The position numbers and the translations under genes were made by a program. The notes under the pieces were generated by a model. The model was not told the DNA's origin, made no database searches, and saw only the letters and a program-made list of their open reading frames with translations. A stretch of 64,000 bases of DNA, taken from the NCBI GenBank assembly GCA_017454945.1, contig JAFTCA010000094.1, forward strand, positions 1,817 through 65,816, given 5' to 3'. This stretch comes from Bacteroidales bacterium (GTDB taxonomy: Bacteria; Bacteroidota; Bacteroidia; Bacteroidales; WCHB1-69). Each line of letters opens with the position of its first letter. Within the stretch, counting starts at the first letter, position 1. Positions 17,459 through 27,710 of the stretch are shown here, piece by piece.

Positions 17459-20293
17459 CTAACAAACAATATTGACAATTTTGCGAGGCACGACAATCAC
17501 CTTTTTCGGTGTCTTGCCATCCAGCCAACGCTGCACGCTCTCATCCTGCAAAACCAGTTCTTCAATTTCCTTCACGCCCAAATCAAGCGGTATCTCCTTC
17601 TGGTACTTTGTTTTACCATTGAAAGATATGGGATATTTATAGCTGGTTTCTTTCAGATATTTCTCATCAAAAGCGGGGAACGAGGCCGTCACCACCGATG
17701 TGTCATGTCCGAGCAGACTCCACAACTCTTCGGCAATGTGCGGGGCGTAGGCCGAAATGAGCACGGTGAGCGGCTCCAACACCTTGCGTTTGTTGCACTT
17801 CTTCTCCAGCAACTCGTTGGTGCAAATCATAAACGCACTGACCGCAGTGTTGAACGAAAAGCGCTCGTTGTCTTCTTCTATCTTCTTGATGGTCTTGTGA
17901 AGAATCTTGTACTCCTCAGCCGTCGGCTCTTCGTCGCTGACGCAGAAGTTCTGCTCGCCATCGTGGAAAAGACGCCAGAATTTTCGGATGAAGCGGAACA
18001 CGCCTTCAATGCCGTTGGTGTCCCACGGCTTGGCCAATTCCACAGGACCGAGGAACATCTCGTACATACGCAATGTGTCGGCGCCGTATTTCTCTACCAA
18101 GTCATCGGGGTTCTGTACGTTGTACTTCGACTTCGACATTTTTTCCACTTCCCAACCGCAGATGTACTTGTCGTCTTCGAGAACAAACTCGGCGTCCTTG
18201 AAGTCGGGCATCCAATTACAGAAAGCTTCAATGTCAAGAACATCATTATGTACAATATTGACATCCACGTGGATAGGCGTCGTCTCATAATCCTTGCGCA
18301 AATTGAGCGACACGAACTTGTTGGTGCCCACCACGCGATAAACGAAGTTGGAACGGCCTTGAATCATACCTTGGTTGATCAACTTCTTGAAGGGCTCATC
18401 CTTGCAGCTGATGCCAAGGTCGAAGAGGAACTTGTTCCAGAAACGGGCATAAATGAGGTGGCCGGTACCATGTTCAGCACCACCGACATAGAGATCCACA
18501 TTCTGCCAGTACTCATCGGCCTCTTTGCTAACAAGACAAGTGTCGTTGTGCGGATCCATATAGCGCAGATAGTAAGCGCTGGAGCCTGCAAAGCCGGGCA
18601 TGGTGCTGTATTCGCGCTGATAACCGTTGTAAGTCCAATTCTTGGCGCGGGCCAACGGCGGTTCACCGGTCTCGGTGGGCAGGAACTGGTCAACTTCGGG
18701 CAAAAGCACGGGCAACTCCGATTCGGGTACGGGGTAAGGCATGCCATCCTTGTAATAGATGGGGAACGGCTCGCCCCAGTAGCGCTGGCGACTGAAGATG
18801 GCGTCGCGCAGACGGTAGTTGATGGTGCGATAACCAATACCCATCGTCTGAATCTTCTCAATCACAGCCTTGCCGCCTTCCTTGACGGTCATGCCGTCGA
18901 TGAAGCCACTGTTGACGCAGTAGCCGGTTTTGCTGTCCATGCTCTCTTCCCACGTGTCGGGGTCGCTAACCTCGTTGGGCTGCGGAGCAACCACCTGACG
19001 GATAGGCAGATTGAAATGGCGGGCAAAGGCAAAGTCGCGACTATCGTGGGCGGGCACAGCCATGATAGCACCCGTGCCATAGTCAGACAACACATAGTCG
19101 CTGACCCAAATGGGAATATGCTCTTCAGTAATTGGATTTACAGCATAAGCACCTGTAAATACGCCGCTTACCTTCTTCACTTCGGCCTGACGCTCACGTT
19201 CGGAGCGGTTCTTAGCCCAGGTGACGTAGGCTTCCACTTCCGCTTTCTGCTCGGGCGTAGTGATAGCTTCAATCATCTCATGTTCAGGACATAACACCAT
19301 AAAAGTCACACCAAAGATGGTATCGGGACGTGTGGTGAAGATTTCGAAAGCAGGTTCGCTCTGAACATCACAATTACCGCCCATATAGAGTTTCTTCCAG
19401 TCCAAATCATCATTTTTGGCCAGCGGGAAGCATACAGCGGCACCCTCGCTCCTACCAATCCAGTTGCGCTGAATCTCCTTGAGCGAATCGGTCCATTCAA
19501 CAGTTTCGAGGCCTTGCAGCAGTCGCTCAGCGTATGCAGAAACGCGCAATATCCACTGTTTCATTTGTTTACGTTCAACGGGATAGCCACCACGCACCGA
19601 CAGACCATTAACCACCTCATCATTGGCGAGCACGGTTCCCAATTTGGGGCACCAGTTGACCCACGTGTCGGCAAGGTACGCCAAACGGTAATTCATGAGG
19701 TACGTCTGCTGCTCCTTCTCAGAGGCGGAATTCCATTCCTCGGCAGAAAGCTCTAACGGTTCGGTCTGTGCCACGTTAAGGCCTTCCGTGCCTTGCGCCG
19801 ACAGGTGAGCAGCCAGTTTTTCAATAGGCTGGGCCTTCTGCAAATTATTGTCGTAATAATGGTTAAACAGCTGGATGAAAACCCATTGCGTCCATTTATA
19901 ATAATCAGGATCACAAGTCTTAAATGAGCGGTCCCAATCGAAAGAGAAACCGATTTTGTCGAGCTGCTCACGGTAGCGGTTCACATTCTTCTCGGTAGTC
20001 ACAGCCGGATGCTGTCCCGTCTGGATGGCATACTGCTCGGCAGGCAGACCAAAGGCGTCGTAACCCATGGGGTGCAACACATTGAAGCCCTTCTGACGTT
20101 TGTAGCGTGCGTAGATGTCCGAAGCGATGTAACCCAGCGGATGTCCCACATGCAAACCTGCTCCCGAAGGATAAGGGAACATGTCCAAAACATAGTATTT
20201 CTGCTTGGAAGCATCCGTCTCGGTTTTGTAGATATGCTTCTCACGCCAAATCCGCTGCCATTTTTTTTCGATATCGCTAAAGTTGTAATCCAT
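17459..20293 (-). CDS. leuS: Leucine--tRNA ligase
   Basis: [38 protein letters not shown]. Confidence 0.98.
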   Translation of the reverse strand: MDYNFSDIEKKWQRIWREKHIYKTETDASKQKYYVLDMFPYPSGAGLHVGHPLGYIASDIYARYKRQKGFNVLHPMGYDAFGLPAEQYAIQTGQHPAVTTEKNVNRYREQLDKIGFSFDWDRSFKTCDPDYYKWTQWVFIQLFNHYYDNNLQKAQPIEKLAAHLSAQGTEGLNVAQTEPLELSAEEWNSASEKEQQTYLMNYRLAYLADTWVNWCPKLGTVLANDEVVNGLSVRGGYPVERKQMKQWILRVSAYAERLLQGLETVEWTDSLKEIQRNWIGRSEGAAVCFPLAKNDDLDWKKLYMGGNCDVQSEPAFEIFTTRPDTIFGVTFMVLCPEHEMIEAITTPEQKAEVEAYVTWAKNRSERERQAEVKKVSGVFTGAYAVNPITEEHIPIWVSDYVLSDYGTGAIMAVPAHDSRDFAFARHFNLPIRQVVAPQPNEVSDPDTWEESMDSKTGYCVNSGFIDGMTVKEGGKAVIEKIQTMGIGYRTINYRLRDAIFSRQRYWGEPFPIYYKDGMPYPVPESELPVLLPEVDQFLPTETGEPPLARAKNWTYNGYQREYSTMPGFAGSSAYYLRYMDPHNDTCLVSKEADEYWQNVDLYVGGAEHGTGHLIYARFWNKFLFDLGISCKDEPFKKLINQGMIQGRSNFVYRVVGTNKFVSLNLRKDYETTPIHVDVNIVHNDVLDIEAFCNWMPDFKDAEFVLEDDKYICGWEVEKMSKSKYNVQNPDDLVEKYGADTLRMYEMFLGPVELAKPWDTNGIEGVFRFIRKFWRLFHDGEQNFCVSDEEPTAEEYKILHKTIKKIEEDNERFSFNTAVSAFMICTNELLEKKCNKRKVLEPLTVLISAYAPHIAEELWSLLGHDTSVVTASFPAFDEKYLKETSYKYPISFNGKTKYQKEIPLDLGVKEIEELVLQDESVQRWLDGKTPKKVIVVPRKIVNIVC

Positions 20294-20341
20294 TGTATGA
20301 CTTTAATTTATGAGTTTCAGTATACTATTTTTTAGAAAAGG

Positions 20342-20349
20342 CAAATATA
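20342..20349 (-). promoter_or_regulatory. -7 promoter box for leuS
   Basis: TATATTTG on the minus strand. Confidence 0.6.
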
Positions 20350-20378
20350 CGGGAAAATGTAGAATTATGAGAGCGAAA

Positions 20379-20490
20379 AGTTAAGAAGTTAAGAAACTAA
20401 GAAGTTAAGGGTTATTGAATTTTGAATTTGTTCTCTGTTCTTTGTTCTTTGTTCTCTGTTCTTTGTTCTTTGAATTTTGAATTTTGAATT
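20379..20490 (-). repeat. Modular array R7 (C-B-C-E)
   Basis: Minus strand directly after the LytTR stop: AATTCAA x3, AGAACA(A/G) x6, AATTCAA-type x2, then TAACCCTTAAC TTCTTAG TTTCTTAAC TTCTTAAC. Confidence 0.9.
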
Positions 20491-21219
20491 CTATCTCTCC
20501 ACAAACCTTCTCATCACCTCGTCTTTGTAATTATTGCCTACAGGCAGCATATTGCCGGCCACCGACACCGTATTTCCATCTAAGAAATCGATATGTTTTT
20601 TGGAAATGATATAGGTTTTGTGTATGCGGATGAAGTCGGCGGCGGGGAGTTCCTCCTCGAGTTTTTTCAACGAATAGAGGGCCATAATCTTGCGTGTGGC
20701 GGTATGGAAGGTCACATATTCGCGTTGGCTCTCAACATAGAGAATCTCATCGAAGTTGATCTTGTACAGACGGCGGTCGGCCTTCACCAGCAGATGGTCG
20801 CGGGGCTCTTCAGCCGGCGCCGTGTCCGCATCGGCAAGGTCGGCTTTCGCTTTCAGTGCCAGCAACTGCATGGCCTTGTTCACCGCCTGACTAAAGCGAG
20901 GGAACGAGATAGGCTTCAACAGATAATCGACCACACCAAGGTCGTAGCCCTGTACGGCATAGTCGCTGTAAGCCGTGGTGAAGATGACGGCCATATCCGA
21001 TGGCAGCACTTTCACCAGCTCCACCCCCGACATATCGGGCATCTGGATGTCCGTGAGCAGAATGTCCACCCGCTGGCTGTTGATCAGCGTCATGGCCTCC
21101 ATGGCATTGGCACAGCAGCCCACCAGCTTGAGTTGCGGCAGCTTGTTCACATACTCGGTCAACAGCACACGCGCCGGATTCTCATCATCGGCAATCAATA
21201 TATGATAGGGGGCGTTCAT
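20491..21219 (-). CDS. LytTR family response regulator
   Basis: IADDE, TDIQMP, FTTAY, DYLLKP; LytTR FIRIHKTYII. Confidence 0.93.
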   Translation of the reverse strand: MNAPYHILIADDENPARVLLTEYVNKLPQLKLVGCCANAMEAMTLINSQRVDILLTDIQMPDMSGVELVKVLPSDMAVIFTTAYSDYAVQGYDLGVVDYLLKPISFPRFSQAVNKAMQLLALKAKADLADADTAPAEEPRDHLLVKADRRLYKINFDEILYVESQREYVTFHTATRKIMALYSLKKLEEELPAADFIRIHKTYIISKKHIDFLDGNTVSVAGNMLPVGNNYKDEVMRRFVER

Positions 21220-22256
21220 TTTTCTAACAAATTGATATTCAATAATACATGATAAGTATCACCTTCATCTTTAATCTCCAATTGATACTTTTTATCATAA
21301 TAATGCTGCAGCTGCTGCACCACATTGGAGATGCCGATACCGTCGCGCTGCTTGGAAACCACCTGTGACACAGCACTTTTGGTATTAATAGCTTCAAAGG
21401 CAAGTCGGCCATTCTCCACCCCTATCTCAATCTTGATGTAGCCATTCGCATTAGTGGCTATGTCGCCATGGATAAAGCAGTTTTCGACCAGCGGTTGCAA
21501 AAGCATAGGCGGAATCAGCAAACTGGTATTATCCACCCGATGGTGATAAGTGATGTCCTTCTCGCCGTATTTCACCTTCTGCAGATTGATATAATTCTGT
21601 ATATAATTGATTTCCTTTCCAATAGGAACATAATCCGACTGGCATTCATCGGTAATGTAGCGACACATGTCGGCCATTTGCAGTATCGATTCAGGAGCTT
21701 TCTCATCGTGCGTATAGACCAGCGAATAGATATTATTGAGCGTATTGAATACAAAATGCGGGTTGAGTTGCGAGCGCAACATTCTCACTTCCATCTCTTT
21801 CTTCTCCATCTGCAGTTGCTCCAAATTGCACTGCTTGCGCGAATAGTTCGACAGCAGCCATGTAATATAGGTACCAAGCACCAGCATCGCCACCTTAAAG
21901 AAATGATAGATATCCCTTTCGGGAATACGTTCCACCGAAACCAAATCTAAGATAAGATTGTCGAGTTGCACTAACAGCAAAATCGTCACCATCAAAACGG
22001 CAAACATGACCAGATAGGTGTGGTATTTCTTTTTCTTTTCGAAATATCTGTGTATCAGTGTACATATATCATAAAAAAACATCAGATACAAAGCATCGAC
22101 AAAAGAGAAGATGGCCGCATTACGTATGTTGAAACGGTAGCCGCCCAAAAACAGCAATAGGAATATGCAGATAAAGACAATAATACTTTGATGTCTCCTT
22201 AATAGACCATCCCACAACCTTTTACCCCATGTAGAGACATCTGTACTCTTATTCAT
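21216..22256 (-). CDS. LytS-type sensor histidine kinase
   Basis: N-terminal TM segments; SQLNPHFVFNTLNNIY, PPMLLQPLVENCFIHG, GIGISNV. Confidence 0.92.
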   Translation of the reverse strand: MNKSTDVSTWGKRLWDGLLRRHQSIIVFICIFLLLFLGGYRFNIRNAAIFSFVDALYLMFFYDICTLIHRYFEKKKKYHTYLVMFAVLMVTILLLVQLDNLILDLVSVERIPERDIYHFFKVAMLVLGTYITWLLSNYSRKQCNLEQLQMEKKEMEVRMLRSQLNPHFVFNTLNNIYSLVYTHDEKAPESILQMADMCRYITDECQSDYVPIGKEINYIQNYINLQKVKYGEKDITYHHRVDNTSLLIPPMLLQPLVENCFIHGDIATNANGYIKIEIGVENGRLAFEAINTKSAVSQVVSKQRDGIGISNVVQQLQHYYDKKYQLEIKDEGDTYHVLLNINLLEK

Positions 22257-22267
22257 AAAGGTTGTTT

Positions 22268-23116
22268 TTAATCGTGGCGACGCTGAAATTTGGCAGCCAC
22301 CCAGTTGTTTTTCTCTTTATTGGAAACAAAATCGAGGCCACAGCGGGCGGCTTCGGCTTTGATGGCATCCAAATCTTCACCTTGGTAGAAGCCGCTAAAG
22401 AAGATTATACCGTTATCATTCAATACCTTAACATAATACTGCATATCGCGCAGCAGAATATTGCGGTTGATGTTGGCGATAATCACATCGTAGTGCATAT
22501 CGTGCAAGGCGGAGGCATCGCCTAAGATAACGCGAATGTCAGAAACGCCGTTGCGGGCGTTGTTCTCAATGTTATTCTCGTAGGCCCACTCGTCGTTATC
22601 GATGGCGGTCACAGGTGATGCGCCGCGCATACGCGCAAGAATCGCTAACACACCGGTGCCGGCGCCCATATCGAGCAGTTCCTTGCCAGCCAGCGGCTCT
22701 TCGAGCACGTACTCAATCATCAGAGAAGTGGTCTCGTGGTGGGCCGTGCCAAACGACATCTTCGGTTCGATGACGATTTCAAAGTCAACATCATCGCGAT
22801 GCGGATGAAACGGCGCACGGATATAGCAGCGATTGGCAATGAGTACAGGTGAGTAGTTCGACTCCCACAGCGCATTCCAGTTCTGCGCCTCAATCACCGA
22901 TGTCGTATAGGTCACCTCCACCCCGAAAGGATTCTCTTTCAGCAGTTGGCGAACAACCTCTTCATCATAATCCGACTCTTTCACATACGCCAATAGCGTA
23001 GTTTCTGAGTCACCGTCCATAAAGCTGTCGCAGCCAGCATCCGACAAGATAGAGGTGAAGACATCCTTCCACGGGTCGGCGGCCGGCAACGAGAGTTTGA
23101 GTTCTATATAGTTCAT
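22268..23116 (-). CDS. prmA: Ribosomal protein L11 methyltransferase
   Basis: NWNALWE, PKMSFGTAHHETT, LDMGAGTGVL, ANINRN. Confidence 0.95.
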   Translation of the reverse strand: MNYIELKLSLPAADPWKDVFTSILSDAGCDSFMDGDSETTLLAYVKESDYDEEVVRQLLKENPFGVEVTYTTSVIEAQNWNALWESNYSPVLIANRCYIRAPFHPHRDDVDFEIVIEPKMSFGTAHHETTSLMIEYVLEEPLAGKELLDMGAGTGVLAILARMRGASPVTAIDNDEWAYENNIENNARNGVSDIRVILGDASALHDMHYDVIIANINRNILLRDMQYYVKVLNDNGIIFFSGFYQGEDLDAIKAEAARCGLDFVSNKEKNNWVAAKFQRRHD

Positions 23117-23147
23117 CTTAAGTATTTTAAGCCTTGCAGATCAGCTA

Positions 23148-25016
23148 TTACCAGTGGTAGGTGATTTTGCCTGAAGTGGTAAACCACAAAGTGTCGGTTG
23201 TAGTCGATTTCTTCGGGCGGATAACCACTTTGTAGTAGTTCTTGCGATCGGTAGCCTTAACGGTATAATATTCCACCACTTTAGAACCTTTATAATTCTC
23301 TTTCAGATAGTTCTGAATAGTCACGGTCACATTGGCCGGATCGAGAGTGGTGTGGGTTTCCAAAATCGTACCATCGGGTTTGATGTAGCAATATTCTTTT
23401 GAGCGAACACCCTGATACTCGGCCACATAGTTACCGTCTTCCATCTTCCATTCGGGCACCTTGCTGGCATATTTGGCCTTGAAGGCGGCCTTCACAGGGG
23501 CAGGAATATTGGCATCGGCGGGCTCTGCATCCTCGTCGTCACCGGCCTCAGCAGCGGCTTCAGCGGCCAATTCAGCAGCCTCGGCAGCAGCTTCTGCTTC
23601 GGCCTCAGCGCGGGCAGCAGCCTCTTCTGCTTCCACCTCATCGGCATCCAAACCCTCTTTGGTCACTCTCTTCAGATACTTGCCGTTAAAGTCGAAATAG
23701 AGTGTTTCGTACTTGGAAGTAACACCTTCGGGCTTAATCTCTATTACATAGATAGTTCCAAGGTCATCATCAGTCATCGAGGAGCAGGATTTGTAGCCCC
23801 AGTTGGGATAGTGCTGTTTTACATACTGTTGCAACTGATAAGGCAGATTGCTCTGGTTGATTTCGGTTGCGAGCGGGTCTTCTTCGGCGTCGCCCATATC
23901 GATGTTCTTATACATTTTATCCATCTTATCCAAATCCTTCTCGCTACCAAAGCGATCATCTTCGCCCATAGCGTATTCGGGGTCGATGGTGCGGATTAGC
24001 TTGCCGGTCTTGTCGAATACCATGGCGGTCACCAATTTCGATTTCTTGTTGGCCTTCTCATAGATTTCCACATAGGTCTTGTCTTGCTTGTCGGCGCGAA
24101 TCTCTTTCTTGGCGCTCACAAACTTGTAACCCTTGTAAGTGTTATTGATATGCTTCAGCATGGCGCCAGTCACCGACTCCTCGCCCAATTCAACGTAAGT
24201 CTTTTCCCACACACCCTCAGGCGTGATATAAACCTCGGTTGGTTTCAGTTTGGCGATACATTTGGCCACATAGACACCTTTCTCTTTGTACCACTTCAAC
24301 TCTTCGGGGCGTTGCACTTTCTTGGAGAGCGCCTTGGTCACAGCGGGAGGTATTGAGCTGGGGTTCAATTCTTTCGGAACGACAGGTTGGGGAGCACCCT
24401 TCTTCTGTTTGGTCTTGGCAGCCTTGTCGGCGGCGGGTTTGTCGGCTTTGGCCACAGCCTCGGGCTTGTCGGCCTTCTCGGCTTTCTCCTTCACTTTCGG
24501 TTCTTCGGCCTTCGTCGGCTTGGGTTGCGGTTGCGGAGCCACATAAGCCACAAAGCCTTCAGGATCCTTGCGTTCCATCAGCGCACCCTTATCGGTAAAG
24601 GTCAGCACCGAAGGTTCTTTGCCGACGCCGTCTTCTTTAACTTCCACATAATAGTGCAGTTGCACTTGCGGCAACGATTGCAGACGAGCCACGCTCACAC
24701 CGCAGTTGGGGTAATTGCTTTTCACATACTCCATCACATTGGTAGGCAGCGAGTTCTTGGGAATGTCAAAATAGTCTTTCACCCAGGTGCCATCGTTGGC
24801 AATAAAACATTTGCCTACGGAGCCATCTTCCTTAAAGGTAGCCACATAGCAATTCTCGCTCAAAGTCCACTGGGAAACCTTGCCGCCAGGGTGTTCAAAC
24901 TCGAAGGACTGCTGTACATCACCGGGCACATCATCCAATTTCAGTTTCTGGGCGTATGCCGACTGCCCGAACAATACGAAGCACAACACAGCCACTAACA
25001 GGAGAAGTTTTTTCAT
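23148..25016 (-). CDS. Exported multi-repeat PepSY-like (BLIP-like) protein
   Basis: Signal peptide; about 7 recurring units of the (L/V/I)P..V...(F/Y)...YP type, many ending F..DG; Lys/Pro-rich and Glu/Ala-rich linkers. Confidence 0.75.
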   Translation of the reverse strand: MKKLLLLVAVLCFVLFGQSAYAQKLKLDDVPGDVQQSFEFEHPGGKVSQWTLSENCYVATFKEDGSVGKCFIANDGTWVKDYFDIPKNSLPTNVMEYVKSNYPNCGVSVARLQSLPQVQLHYYVEVKEDGVGKEPSVLTFTDKGALMERKDPEGFVAYVAPQPQPKPTKAEEPKVKEKAEKADKPEAVAKADKPAADKAAKTKQKKGAPQPVVPKELNPSSIPPAVTKALSKKVQRPEELKWYKEKGVYVAKCIAKLKPTEVYITPEGVWEKTYVELGEESVTGAMLKHINNTYKGYKFVSAKKEIRADKQDKTYVEIYEKANKKSKLVTAMVFDKTGKLIRTIDPEYAMGEDDRFGSEKDLDKMDKMYKNIDMGDAEEDPLATEINQSNLPYQLQQYVKQHYPNWGYKSCSSMTDDDLGTIYVIEIKPEGVTSKYETLYFDFNGKYLKRVTKEGLDADEVEAEEAAARAEAEAEAAAEAAELAAEAAAEAGDDEDAEPADANIPAPVKAAFKAKYASKVPEWKMEDGNYVAEYQGVRSKEYCYIKPDGTILETHTTLDPANVTVTIQNYLKENYKGSKVVEYYTVKATDRKNYYKVVIRPKKSTTTDTLWFTTSGKITYHW

Positions 25017-25146
25017 TTGAAGATACTTTTATATAAATAACTTATTTTTAATTCATTACAAAATAAAAGAAAACTTTTAAAGTGAACTATTCATCTCTAA
25101 AAACAACACTCTCAAGCCCTTTTATCTCAAAAAACGAATATGAGCG

Positions 25147-25209
25147 CAAATATACAATTATTTTCATAAATGATATCTGAAAGAATCAAAAGAATTTTTA
25201 CTAATTTTG
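25147..25209. promoter_or_regulatory. Divergent -7 promoter boxes (PepSY-like gene / lemA)
   Basis: TATATTTG on minus (25147-25154) and TAATTTTG on plus (25202-25209). Confidence 0.55.
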
Positions 25210-25343
25210 TGCTTGACAGCCTTTGTTGTTTGGACAAGAGTCAACTCTTTTGTATTCAAACAGCAAGGCTCAAAAATATTTTCAGGAAAACATACTAATT
25301 CGCGAATTATTCCATTATTAATACAAAAACAAAAAACAAGATT

Positions 25344-25940
25344 ATGAAAAAGACTAGTACCACCCTACTGATTGTGATTGGCCTCATTGTTCTTTGCGCC
25401 ATTTGGGGCATCGGCATTTACAACAAGCTTGTGAAAGAAGAAGAGCAGGTAAGCTCTGCTTGGGCACAAGTGGAGAACGCCTACCAGCGCAGAGCTGACC
25501 TCATTCCCAACCTCGTGAAGACTGTGAAGGGCGCCGCCGACTTTGAAAAAGGAACACTTGAAGCCGTAATTGCAGCACGTTCGGCAGCCACTTCCACCAC
25601 CATCGACCCCACCAACCTCACCGAAGAGAACATGGCTGCCTTCCAAGCCGCTCAAGACAACTTGAGTTCAGCCTTGAGCCGACTGATGGTAGTTGTGGAA
25701 CGATATCCCGAACTGAAAGCCAACCAGAACTTCCTCGAACTGCAATCGCAGCTGGAGGGCACTGAAAACCGCATCAGTGTTGAGCGCAAGAACTTTAATG
25801 AGAAAGTGCAAGCTTACAACACCTACATCCGCCGTTTCCCCACAAATATAGTGGCTGGCATGTGCGGCTTCGACAAGAAAGCCTACTTCAAAGCAGAAGA
25901 AGGTGCCGAGAAGGCTCCCGAAGTGGAATTCGAATTCTAA
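25344..25940 (+). CDS. lemA: LemA family protein
   Basis: YQRRADLIPNLV.TVKG, ERYPELKANQNFLELQ.QLEGTENRI. Confidence 0.95.
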   Translation: MKKTSTTLLIVIGLIVLCAIWGIGIYNKLVKEEEQVSSAWAQVENAYQRRADLIPNLVKTVKGAADFEKGTLEAVIAARSAATSTTIDPTNLTEENMAAFQAAQDNLSSALSRLMVVVERYPELKANQNFLELQSQLEGTENRISVERKNFNEKVQAYNTYIRRFPTNIVAGMCGFDKKAYFKAEEGAEKAPEVEFEF

Positions 25941-25946
25941 CCAAAC

Positions 25947-27464
25947 ATGAAACGCTGGGCATTGTTTGTCAGTTTGTTATGTTCCACTATGCTCCTATGG
26001 GCGCAGTGGACTCCAACAACCGTGCCCAATCCGCTGACAACGGAACAGTCGTTCATTGCCGACCCCGACCATCTGTTGTCGGACGAGGACAAGGCTGCCT
26101 TCAACGAGATGGCCTACCGCCTCGATGACTCGGCCGGCGTGCAGTTTGCCGTGGCTGTGCTCAACAGCATCGACGACCACTACGAACCGTTCGACTTTGG
26201 TGTGGAGTTGTATAACCATTGGGGCATCGGCCGCAACGACCGCGGACTTCTACTGCTGGTCGTGATGGAGACTCACGACTGGCGGTTCCATACAGGTTAT
26301 CGTATGGAGGAGATTCTCACCGATGCCCAGTTGCGCCGTATTGGCGAGAACAATTTAGTCCCCTACTTCCGCGAAGGGGAGTATGGTCAAGGCATTTTAG
26401 AGGCCACACGCACACTGTCGAAGATACTGCTATCGGAAGACCCGAAAGCTGCCGTCGCCCTTATGCAAGAACAGCAAAAGCAGGAGCGCTGGAGCAACTT
26501 CCGCAAAATGGTTTACATAGGCTGGGCGCTGGTAGCCTTCATCGGCGTTTTGGTCTTGCTTCACAAGCCCAAGAAGCGCAACCATTACCGCGGTGCCTAC
26601 GACATATTGCTGGTCAACGACCATTTTGCCAAAATCACACCAAATTCACTACCAAATAGTTACACTCGACCTGGACTCAATATAGAGAAATTCTTCACGT
26701 TCTCAATAGTGTCAGCATTCATTCCCATTGCTGTCAACACCGAGTTGATTTCCGAAAATCCGTTCAGCAACTTCATCTTCGCCCTGTTCGTCTGTCTGGT
26801 CATCGACGCCATCATCGCCCAGTGGCGTATCTGCACAACGGCTGCCGAATCCAGCACACCGCAGGAACACATGCAAAAATTGCAGAATGGCAATCAGTTA
26901 CTACCGCTACGCATCGTTATTATGCCTCTGATATTCGTACCTTACTACTTCCTTTATAAGAAGAAAGTGGCGCAACTCAAAACAGCGGGCTACCCCTGTC
27001 CCTTCTGTCATCTGCCCACCTCGTTAGCTTCAAAAGCTATCGTACAACAACACCTTACTGGCTCTGCCCTCATCGAGCAGCAATTGAATGTGTATGAGTA
27101 CCAATACTTTGAATGTTCCTCGGGACACTGCACAGAAGTCTCTTACAAAGGTCCCAACTACGCCAAATATAACACCTGCAGTCATTGCGGAGCACGGACT
27201 GTCCTTTCTGAAGGCAGCTACACCGTAAAGCAGCCTTCGTTGTTGGCTTCGGGGCTCGAGCGCACCGACTATACCTGTCAAAACTGCCATAACCATTACT
27301 TCACGACGAAGGTACTGCCAAAGTTGATGGTTGCATCGACAGCCGCAGGTATGGGCCGACACAGCGGTGGCTTTGGCGGCGGATTCGGCAGTGGCGGGTT
27401 CGGCGGAGGACACTCCTTCGGTGGCGGCTTCACCGGTGGTGGCGGCGCTGGAGGAAAGTGGTAA
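25947..27464 (+). CDS. TPM-domain membrane protein with Cys-rich putative zinc ribbons and Gly-rich tail
   Basis: IADPDHLLS, WGIG...GLLLL, TGY..E.ILTD, PYFREGEY; CPFC, CSSGHC, CSHC, CQNC; FGGG.TGGGGAGGKW tail. Confidence 0.85.
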   Translation: MKRWALFVSLLCSTMLLWAQWTPTTVPNPLTTEQSFIADPDHLLSDEDKAAFNEMAYRLDDSAGVQFAVAVLNSIDDHYEPFDFGVELYNHWGIGRNDRGLLLLVVMETHDWRFHTGYRMEEILTDAQLRRIGENNLVPYFREGEYGQGILEATRTLSKILLSEDPKAAVALMQEQQKQERWSNFRKMVYIGWALVAFIGVLVLLHKPKKRNHYRGAYDILLVNDHFAKITPNSLPNSYTRPGLNIEKFFTFSIVSAFIPIAVNTELISENPFSNFIFALFVCLVIDAIIAQWRICTTAAESSTPQEHMQKLQNGNQLLPLRIVIMPLIFVPYYFLYKKKVAQLKTAGYPCPFCHLPTSLASKAIVQQHLTGSALIEQQLNVYEYQYFECSSGHCTEVSYKGPNYAKYNTCSHCGARTVLSEGSYTVKQPSLLASGLERTDYTCQNCHNHYFTTKVLPKLMVASTAAGMGRHSGGFGGGFGSGGFGGGHSFGGGFTGGGGAGGKW

Positions 27465-27466
27465 GG

Positions 27467-27710
27467 GAGATGAGAGATGAGAACGGAAAATTGAAAATTG
27501 AAAACTGAAAATTGAAAACTGAAAAACAAAGAACAGAGAACAAATATAAATTCAGAATTCAGAATTCAAAGAACAAAGAACAAATTTCCATAATTCTATA
27601 ATTCTTAACCCCTTAACCCCTTAGTTCCTTAACTTCTTAACTTCTCACTATTCACTGTTCACTTCTCACTTCAACAATTAAACAATTAAACATTTCAACA
27701 ATTAAACACC
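27467..27710 (+). repeat. Modular array R8 (J-K-B-C-B-D-E-F-G), ending at the ATG of alpha-2-macroglobulin
   Basis: GAGATGA x2, AAAA(T/C)TG x5, GAACAGA/GAACAAA, AATTCAG, TTCCATAA/TTCTATAA, CCTTAAC/TTCTTAAC, TTCACT units, TTCAACAA/TTAAACAA units, then ATG. Confidence 0.92.

Noticed and set aside
17066-19294. 742-aa + strand ORF
   Set aside because: Antisense to leuS and the flippase, with no recognisable motifs; explained by codon bias of the sense genes.
27363-27455. GGC/GGT-rich repeat
   Set aside because: Encodes the normal Gly-rich tail of TPM-domain proteins.
272-27710. Repeat arrays as CRISPR arrays
   Set aside because: No constant 23-47 nt repeat alternating with unique spacers, and no cas genes in the window.
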